From Candidatus Peregrinibacteria bacterium (GTDB lineage: Bacteria; Patescibacteriota; Gracilibacteria; UBA1369): a stretch of DNA of 64,000 nucleotides. Made by a program: the position numbers and the translations under genes. Below, one piece after another: positions 28,289-35,651 of the stretch (positions are counted from its first letter, which is position 1; each line of letters starts with the position of its first letter). The notes beneath the pieces were generated by a model that had not been told where the DNA came from, did not search any database, and saw nothing but the letters and a program-made list of their open reading frames with translations. The DNA is taken from assembly GCA_963708185.1 (NCBI GenBank), contig OY970195.1:949482-1013481 (forward strand), given 5' to 3'.

Positions 28289-31200
28289 TCAACGGCCAAT
28301 GTTCTTCAAAAGAAAAAAAATCAGGCAATTGAACCAGATGCTCGACTCGGCCAAAAAACCACGCGACCTGGAAGAAGTGACCCGTGCCATTGAGGACACG
28401 GCGCCGGCTGCCGCTCGACCGGCATTCCAGAAACAACTTCGTCAACAATTACTCCATAAATACCACCCCATGGCCGCCGCCCATAAAGAAAAGAAAACAA
28501 AGGTTCACTCCTCCAATTCCGCACCGATGCGGGGAAAAGGCTGGGCTTTGGCCCTTGCCGTCCTGGTTATCCTCGTCGTTTCGGGCGTTGCCAGTTATCC
28601 GTTGATTCCGGCGCCGGAGGTCCAGGGCTATTCGCTCAAAGACACGGTCCGCAATATTTCCTACAATGCTCCGATCAAGGTCGTGTTCAGCCAGCCGATG
28701 GACCACAGTTCTGTCGAACAGGCTTTCAAGATCGACCCGAATATCGAAGGAACTTTTTCCTGGGAGAACAACAGCCTGCTCTTCATGCCCAAAGAACCTT
28801 TCAAACTCGGCGACAGTTTCAAGGTTTCCGTGAACCAGTCGGCTCGCAGCATTTTCCAGAAACAGCTTCCAGGCGATTACGAAGAGAATTTCGTTATCGT
28901 CGCGGCACCTCAGGTTACGCTGTTCTCCCCGGCGCCTGATTCCGAGGACGTTCCCGTGGACGCCAAACTGACGGTGCATTTTGACCGTCCGATGATCCCG
29001 TTGACGAGCCTTGATCAGGCCAATGAAAAAGCCATCAACATCAACGTCGATCCTCCGATCCAGGGCAAAGCCAAATGGCTCGGAACTTCTTCGATGTCTT
29101 TCATTCCGGACAAACTTGCCTACGCCACCCATTATACCGTGACGATTCCAGCTGGAACCTTGTCCGACGAGGGAGGATCCACCGACAAAGATTTTGTCTA
29201 CAGTTTTGATACCCTGAAACCCGCATTTGAAACTTCCGTTCCGGCCGACCTGGATCCTTTCAACGGACCGAAGACGACAATTGAGCTGACCTTCAACCAG
29301 ATCATGAATCTGGAGAAAGCCGGCGATTATATCAAGATTTACCAGTATGCCGGGAGCGACAAGGACTTCGCCAAAAAAATCCAATGGAACGGGAATGTGT
29401 ATGGGGCTCCATCCAAAAACGCCAAACTGTTGTTGACGGATACCGTCGTTGAACAGACCGACAAAGCGCAGTGGAAAGAAATCGGGAAAACCCTTCACTA
29501 TTATACGGCCGATGAATACAGACAGGATTATCTGAAGGACCAGCCCCAGGATGAGTCCAGTCAGACGCAGCAAATAGATGTTCCCGCGTCCGATGAACTG
29601 CAAAAAACTCTGGTGCTCGCGCCTTCTCAGCCGCTTGCCGAAGACAGTGTTTTCCTTGTCCAGATTCTCAAAGATTTTCCTGGAGCGGAAGGGACGTTCG
29701 GTTTGCCGGATGACCAGTCAATGATCATCAAGACGGTGGGGGCCCTGGATGTTGTTTCGACCTCCCCGGAGAACAACGCAAAAGATGTCCGCGATTCCGT
29801 GGTGAGCGTGACCTTCAACCAGCCCATGGACGAAGCCAGCCTTCAAGACAAAGTGATGATCGAACCGAAGGCGATGGACGACAACAATCAGGAACAGAAA
29901 CCCGAAGTTACGGTTTCCGGCGACGGTCTTGAAATGGACATCCATTATCCTTTCCTGCCTTCAACCAGCTATACCTTGACGGTCAAGCAGGGAGGAAAAA
30001 GTCTCTACGGAAAAAACTATGACAAGGATATCGTTGTCGCTTTCAAAACCGCCCAGCTCGATCCATCGTTCAGTCTGGTGAGCTCCCCGGACATCAGTGT
30101 GCTCGACGCCACGAAACCTCGTGTTTATTACGTAAAATCCACCAACGTCGATTTGCTCCATCTTGAGTTCAAAAAACTTTCCGACGACGAGTTCAATAAT
30201 TTCTACTCCAAAGGGTACGTGGATAACAACTATCGTCCGGACAGCGGATATACGTCTTTTGACGTGACACCGCAACGGGACTTCAACAAGAAGGTCGTCA
30301 CGAAGCTCGATCTGGATAAAGCTCTTGGAACCGCCTTAACTCCGGGCTACTACTATTTTGAAATGACGAGCCCGCAGGTGTTCAACACCGACTACAACGG
30401 CAATCGGCACCCTCAGGTTAATAAGCAGGTTTTCGTGCTGACGAGCAATGCTCTCGCCACGAAACTCAGCCGGAACCAGCTGCTGGTATGGGCGACTTCG
30501 ATGAAAGAAGGTGCTCCCGTGGAGGGGATGAACATCCAAGCAAAAAATACATCCGACGGAACGGTTTACAACGGCACGACGGATAAAGATGGTCTTGTGA
30601 CGTTCCAACTTCCACAAAAAGACAATAATGACTACACGGGTGAATATATGGTGACCGGGCGCGTCGGAGATGACGTGACGCTGACGCACTCGACCTGGTC
30701 GGAAGGCGTGAGCCCGTGGAACTTCAACATTGATTACAGTTCCTACGCCGAAAAGTATTTCGTCTACATGTATACCGACCGTCCGATTTACCGCCCTGGA
30801 GACGCGATCGAGTTCAAAGGACTTGTGCGCATCAACGATGATCTTCATTATTCGCTTCCCGACCGCAGCAAGATTCACGTCTCCGTTCATGATGCCGACG
30901 ACCAAGAGGTGTTCAGCAGGGATATCGACATCAACAAAAACGGAACGTTCAATGGAGAACTTCAGTTGGGGGATCAGGCTTCGACCGGCTACTACCAGAT
31001 TACCGCGTCGCTTGCGGCGGCCGGCGAACCAACATATTCGCATTCTTTTTATCAGAGTTTCCAGGTCGCAGCGTACAGGAAACCCGATTATAAAATGACT
31101 GTCACGCCGGACAAGGATTCCTACGTGAACGGTGAAACGGCAAAGGTGAACGTCAACGGACAGTATTTCTTTGGCGCGCCGCTCGCGAACGCTCCAGTCG

Positions 31201-34200
31201 AGTGGACCGTGAAGAGCCAGGATTATTATTTCTTCCTCCCGGCCGACAGCAAGAGCCCGTATGCGTCGCAATGGTTCAGTTTCAGCGATGAAGGGTACTT
31301 GTGTTTCTGGGGATGCCAGGGTCAAACCGAAGTCATCAGCCAGGGTAAGGGGACCCTTGATGCCAACGGTGATTTTACGGTCAACCTTCCGCTCGACATC
31401 AAGGACAAAAAAGTCAGTCAGTTCTATACGCTTGAAGCCACAGCTTACGATTTGAACCATCAGAGCGTATCCAACCGTTCGACTTTCGCGGTCCATCAGG
31501 GGGAATACTATGCCGGCATCATGAGCCAGGATTACGTTTCTTCAAAGGGCAAGGAGGCGAGCTTCGACGTCATCACCATCGATAAAGACGGCAACCCGGT
31601 TGCCGGAAAAACCGTGGACGTTTCGCTCTACAAACGTGACTGGAACACCATCAAGAAGAAGCAGGTCGACAGCGATTTCTACTATGACAACAACTACACC
31701 GACGTTCTCAAGGAAAAGAAGACGGTGACGACCGACAGCAAAGGGCATGCCACCGTGAGCTTCACTCCGAACGAAGGCGGCGATTATAAAGTGGGGACGG
31801 AATCGACCGACAGCCGGGGCAACAAGATCACATCGGCAACGGAGATCTACGTGACGTCTTCGGACTTCGTGAACTGGGGACAGGAAAACAACGACCGCAT
31901 TGAACTGGTTCCAGACAAGCAGGAATATACGGTCGGCGATACCGCACACATATTGGTGAAGTCGCCGTACCAGAACGTCTATGCGCTGGTAACGTATGAA
32001 CGCGCTGATGTGGTCTCCAAGAAGGTGATAAAGATCACTTCGAATTCCCAGACCATTGACGTGCCGATTACCGAGGACGCGCTTCCCAACGAGTTCGTTT
32101 CGGTACTGTTGGTCAAAGGCAACAATACTTCCGCCGGACTGCAGGATCCCGGGACTGAAGTCGACGAACGCGACGTCGCCGCATTCAAACTCGGATATAC
32201 AACATTGCAAATCAATACATCAACCCGCAAGCTCGGCATCGAGGTAACAAGCGACCAGCAAAAATATCATCCCGGTGACAATGTGGATTTGAAGGTTCGT
32301 ACGGTCGACGCTTCGGGCAAGCCCGTGAAAGCCGAGGTTTCGATCAGCGTGGTGGACGAGAGCGTTCTTTCGTTGACCGACAACGTCACCGCGGATCTCC
32401 TCACCGAGTTTTACCGCAAGCGTTACCTTGGCGTCGAGACTTCAGAAACCTTGACCAAAGCGTTGTCGCGTTTGAACGTCCAGGTGGAATCGGGTCTCAA
32501 GGGAGGAGGAGGAGGAACGCCGGCAAAACGCGGAACGTTCAAAGATACCGCATACTGGGAAGCCGACGTGAATACCGACGCCAACGGTATGGGTGAAGTG
32601 AAGTTCAAGCTTCCGGATAATCTGACGACCTGGCAGGTGCTGGCCATCGGCATCACCAACGATACGCTCGTGGGAAGCCAGCGCATGGATTTCGTTGTCA
32701 CGAAAGACGTCCTGGCGCGTCCGGTGCTTCCAAGGTTCCTGATCGTGAACGACAGCATGACGGTCGGAACCGTGGTCCATAACTATCTTGACCATGGCGT
32801 TGACCTGGATGTAGGGCTTCAGGCGAGCGGTGTCACGATCAGCGGCAGCGACAAACAGCGCATCCATCTTGATCCCGGGAAAGAGCAACTCGTGAATTTT
32901 AACGTCACGGTCCAGGACCAGCAGGAGGCCGACCTGACGTTCTCGGCCATTGATGCTTCCGACAGTTCGGTCGGCGATGTCGTGGAGAACAAACTGCCGA
33001 TCCATCCTTTCAGTTTCCCTGAAGTCGTGGCCACATCCGCCGAAGTTACCGACAATAGCCAACACGTGGAAACCGTGTGGCTGCCGACGGGAATCGATCC
33101 GAAGTTCGGCAAACTGACGATTTCGGCGGCTTCGACTTTGGCCGGTACTTTTGCCGACGGCATCCAGTATCTTGTCCAGTTCCCTTACGGCTGCGCCGAA
33201 CAGACCGCGTCTTCTTTGCTTCCGAACCTCGCCGTGAAAGAGCTCTCCAAACTTCCGGGACTTGGCGTCGAAAAACTGATCGATGAAAAACAACTCCAGA
33301 GGAACGTTGAGACCGGCCTGCAGGCTTTATACACATACCAACAAAGCAACGGAGGATGGGGCCTCTGGGAAAATTCCGAACCGACGCCGTATCTGAGCTC
33401 TTATGTGCTTTATACTTTGTACGAAGCGCAAAAGGCAGGGTATAGCGTCGACCAGAACGTCATAAAACGCGGCACCGACTACGTGAAGAACTCGATCAAG
33501 AACCTTCCGCTTTCCAAGGCAAACCGTTCCAATGCCGACAACCGGTCGTTTGCTTTATTCGTCCTCGCCGAGATGCAGCAGGGAGACCTTGGCCTCAGCA
33601 ACAATCTTTATGACTTCAAGGACAACCTCAACCTTTTCGGCAAAGCGTACCTGGTCATGACCTTCGACGACCTTATCAAGCAGCAGTCATTGAGCGGAAG
33701 CGTCAAAGACGACGCCGGGAAAAAAATGGATATGTTGAAAGGCGAGATCCTCAACGTGGCCAAAGAGACTCCGCGAGGTGTTCACTTCGAAGAAACGACC
33801 CCTGAATACACCATGTTCGACACCAACGCCCGCACGACAGCGCTTGTGCTTCAGATGCTTTCGCGCGTGGACAGTTCCAACGTGATGATTCCGAAAATTT
33901 TGAGGAACATGCTCATGGAAAAGAAGGACGGACATTATTCCACGACGCAGGAAACCGCCGTCAGTCTGCTGGCGCTCGCCGATTACCTCAAAGCCAGCAA
34001 AGAGCTCGAGCCGAATTATAACGGAGTCATCACGCTCAACAGCGTGGAAAAACTGAATAAGTCTTTCACGCAAAACAACCTGACTGACGTCCAGACCGTC
34101 GACATTCCTTTGACCGATCTGCTCCCGAACAATCAGGATAACGAGATAACGGCTTCCCGCAGCGGAACCGGCAAGATGTACTTTGATATGAACCTTCAGT

Positions 34201-34712
34201 ACTTCCTGCCGACCGATCAGATCCAGGCTCGCGACGAAGGCATTTTCGTGAACCAGGAATATTTCTCCCTGAACGACAAAAAGATGGAGAATCCGGTCAC
34301 GACGGTGAACGTCGGCGACAACCTCATGGGAAAAATGACCGTGATCGTTCCAGAGGACCGTTACTACGTGATGGTGGAAGATTATCTTCCGGCCGGGCTT
34401 GAAGGCGTAGACTTCAACCTGCAGACTTCTCAACAATCGCTCCAGGATACGCTGGATTCAAGCGGCGACCAGGCTCCGTGCATGAACTGGGATTGCTGGG
34501 AAGAGATGTGGAGATTCAACCATTCCGAGGTCCGGGACGACCGTATGATGTTCTTCGCCGACTACCTTCCCAAAGGCGTCTATGAACTCAAGTATGTCGT
34601 CAGGGCCACCACCGCCGGCACGTTCCATGACCTTCCGGCCCTTGCCCAAGAAACCTACTTCCCCGAGGTATTCGGCCGATCCAGCGGCAGGACATTTACG
34701 GTACTTCCATAG
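28281..34712 (+). CDS. Giant membrane-anchored alpha-2-macroglobulin (thioester protein) with N-terminal cytoplasmic segment and SbsA/Big_5-like Ig repeats
   Basis: 2143 aa from TTG 28281; the first ATG is at 28299. TM helix GWALALAVLVILVVSGVASYPLI (28539-28607). Repeated ..PI.V.FSQPMD.. Ig-like modules. MG-domain motifs DRPIYRPGDAIEFKG, AYRKPDYKMTV and LPDNLTTWQVLA. Thioester FPYGCAEQT (CAEQ at 33192-33203). Confidence 0.9.
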   Translation: MLNQRPMFFKRKKIRQLNQMLDSAKKPRDLEEVTRAIEDTAPAAARPAFQKQLRQQLLHKYHPMAAAHKEKKTKVHSSNSAPMRGKGWALALAVLVILVVSGVASYPLIPAPEVQGYSLKDTVRNISYNAPIKVVFSQPMDHSSVEQAFKIDPNIEGTFSWENNSLLFMPKEPFKLGDSFKVSVNQSARSIFQKQLPGDYEENFVIVAAPQVTLFSPAPDSEDVPVDAKLTVHFDRPMIPLTSLDQANEKAININVDPPIQGKAKWLGTSSMSFIPDKLAYATHYTVTIPAGTLSDEGGSTDKDFVYSFDTLKPAFETSVPADLDPFNGPKTTIELTFNQIMNLEKAGDYIKIYQYAGSDKDFAKKIQWNGNVYGAPSKNAKLLLTDTVVEQTDKAQWKEIGKTLHYYTADEYRQDYLKDQPQDESSQTQQIDVPASDELQKTLVLAPSQPLAEDSVFLVQILKDFPGAEGTFGLPDDQSMIIKTVGALDVVSTSPENNAKDVRDSVVSVTFNQPMDEASLQDKVMIEPKAMDDNNQEQKPEVTVSGDGLEMDIHYPFLPSTSYTLTVKQGGKSLYGKNYDKDIVVAFKTAQLDPSFSLVSSPDISVLDATKPRVYYVKSTNVDLLHLEFKKLSDDEFNNFYSKGYVDNNYRPDSGYTSFDVTPQRDFNKKVVTKLDLDKALGTALTPGYYYFEMTSPQVFNTDYNGNRHPQVNKQVFVLTSNALATKLSRNQLLVWATSMKEGAPVEGMNIQAKNTSDGTVYNGTTDKDGLVTFQLPQKDNNDYTGEYMVTGRVGDDVTLTHSTWSEGVSPWNFNIDYSSYAEKYFVYMYTDRPIYRPGDAIEFKGLVRINDDLHYSLPDRSKIHVSVHDADDQEVFSRDIDINKNGTFNGELQLGDQASTGYYQITASLAAAGEPTYSHSFYQSFQVAAYRKPDYKMTVTPDKDSYVNGETAKVNVNGQYFFGAPLANAPVEWTVKSQDYYFFLPADSKSPYASQWFSFSDEGYLCFWGCQGQTEVISQGKGTLDANGDFTVNLPLDIKDKKVSQFYTLEATAYDLNHQSVSNRSTFAVHQGEYYAGIMSQDYVSSKGKEASFDVITIDKDGNPVAGKTVDVSLYKRDWNTIKKKQVDSDFYYDNNYTDVLKEKKTVTTDSKGHATVSFTPNEGGDYKVGTESTDSRGNKITSATEIYVTSSDFVNWGQENNDRIELVPDKQEYTVGDTAHILVKSPYQNVYALVTYERADVVSKKVIKITSNSQTIDVPITEDALPNEFVSVLLVKGNNTSAGLQDPGTEVDERDVAAFKLGYTTLQINTSTRKLGIEVTSDQQKYHPGDNVDLKVRTVDASGKPVKAEVSISVVDESVLSLTDNVTADLLTEFYRKRYLGVETSETLTKALSRLNVQVESGLKGGGGGTPAKRGTFKDTAYWEADVNTDANGMGEVKFKLPDNLTTWQVLAIGITNDTLVGSQRMDFVVTKDVLARPVLPRFLIVNDSMTVGTVVHNYLDHGVDLDVGLQASGVTISGSDKQRIHLDPGKEQLVNFNVTVQDQQEADLTFSAIDASDSSVGDVVENKLPIHPFSFPEVVATSAEVTDNSQHVETVWLPTGIDPKFGKLTISAASTLAGTFADGIQYLVQFPYGCAEQTASSLLPNLAVKELSKLPGLGVEKLIDEKQLQRNVETGLQALYTYQQSNGGWGLWENSEPTPYLSSYVLYTLYEAQKAGYSVDQNVIKRGTDYVKNSIKNLPLSKANRSNADNRSFALFVLAEMQQGDLGLSNNLYDFKDNLNLFGKAYLVMTFDDLIKQQSLSGSVKDDAGKKMDMLKGEILNVAKETPRGVHFEETTPEYTMFDTNARTTALVLQMLSRVDSSNVMIPKILRNMLMEKKDGHYSTTQETAVSLLALADYLKASKELEPNYNGVITLNSVEKLNKSFTQNNLTDVQTVDIPLTDLLPNNQDNEITASRSGTGKMYFDMNLQYFLPTDQIQARDEGIFVNQEYFSLNDKKMENPVTTVNVGDNLMGKMTVIVPEDRYYVMVEDYLPAGLEGVDFNLQTSQQSLQDTLDSSGDQAPCMNWDCWEEMWRFNHSEVRDDRMMFFADYLPKGVYELKYVVRATTAGTFHDLPALAQETYFPEVFGRSSGRTFTVLP

Positions 34713-34733
34713 GACTTTTAAGGATTTTCAAAA

Positions 34734-34765
34734 GAACCCGGTCTTTCCACCGGGTTCTTTTTTTT
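34734..34765 (+). terminator. Rho-independent terminator after the A2M gene
   Basis: GAACCCGG (34734-34741), an 8-nt loop, CCGGGTTC (34750-34757), then a run of eight T (34758-34765). Confidence 0.85.
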
Positions 34766-34766
34766 A

Positions 34767-34775
34767 TGGTATAAT
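34767..34775 (+). promoter_or_regulatory. Extended -10 promoter (TGgTATAAT)
   Basis: TGG at 34767-34769 followed by TATAAT at 34770-34775, 27 nt upstream of the ATG at 34802. No -35 box is needed for extended -10 promoters. Confidence 0.5.
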
Positions 34776-34801
34776 CTCAACTGCATTTTGTCATCCGAGA
34801 C

Positions 34802-35470
34802 ATGAAAAAAAAGAATAAAGAAAAATCTCTACGCAAAGAAATCCTGCGGAAACTTTTTCATCTGATGGAGGTGCCTGTTCTTATCGGTTACACCATCATC
34901 AGGCATTATTTCAATGAACGTCTCGCCACGCTCATCATCACCGTGCTTTTTCTCCTGCTGCTTGAAATCGAGTACATCCGTCTGGAATACCACCCAAAGA
35001 TCCCGGAAATGTTTGACGTCCTCCGCCATAAAGAACAAAACAACATTACCGGAACGATTTTTTTCATCGCCGCCACGATCATCGTGTTTGCGGCCTTTGA
35101 TTATCCTATCGCGGTGACGGCTCTTCTGCTGACGGTGTTCGGAGATCTCGCGGCGGCGCTGGTCGGCATCAAGTTCGGAACGATCTTTCTTCACAAGGAT
35201 AAAACCCTTCAGGGACTCTTGGCCGGCTTTACGATGAACTGCGTCATCGGGTATCTTTTTCTTCCCGACTACCCGCTCATTTTTATTCCAATGGCGGTGG
35301 TGGCGAGCGTCGTGGAACTGCTTACCGGCAAACTTGACGATAACCTGACCGTCCCTCTTTTTTCAGCATTCACGGGCCAGATTATGGCATACCTCACCAA
35401 CGCTCCCCTCACGACTTTCCCGGGACACGCCGTGGGATCGATCCTGAATTTCTTTGTCAATTTCCATTGA
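34802..35470 (+). CDS. CTP-dependent polyprenol/dolichol/phytol kinase-like membrane protein (CTP_transf_1 superfamily)
   Basis: 222 aa with ~6 TM segments. It has the N-terminal LRKEILRKLFH (RK..H) motif and the C-terminal VFGDLAAALVGIKFG motif seen in the SEC59/VTE5/DGK1-type kinase family. Assignment from memory. Confidence 0.5.
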   Translation: MKKKNKEKSLRKEILRKLFHLMEVPVLIGYTIIRHYFNERLATLIITVLFLLLLEIEYIRLEYHPKIPEMFDVLRHKEQNNITGTIFFIAATIIVFAAFDYPIAVTALLLTVFGDLAAALVGIKFGTIFLHKDKTLQGLLAGFTMNCVIGYLFLPDYPLIFIPMAVVASVVELLTGKLDDNLTVPLFSAFTGQIMAYLTNAPLTTFPGHAVGSILNFFVNFH

Positions 35471-35651
35471 TTTGTCATCCGGAGAGTTCTTGCTATACTG
35501 AGCGCGAACTGCTTCTTATTTTTCGCTTATGTTGAAAATATCTGCACACACTTCTGTTCGGAAACGGAAGGTCGTTTCGGGTACACGGAAAAACATCAGG
35601 CCTCATACACGCCAAGAGTCCACATCCAAGAACTCCGCCGATTTGAGAACC

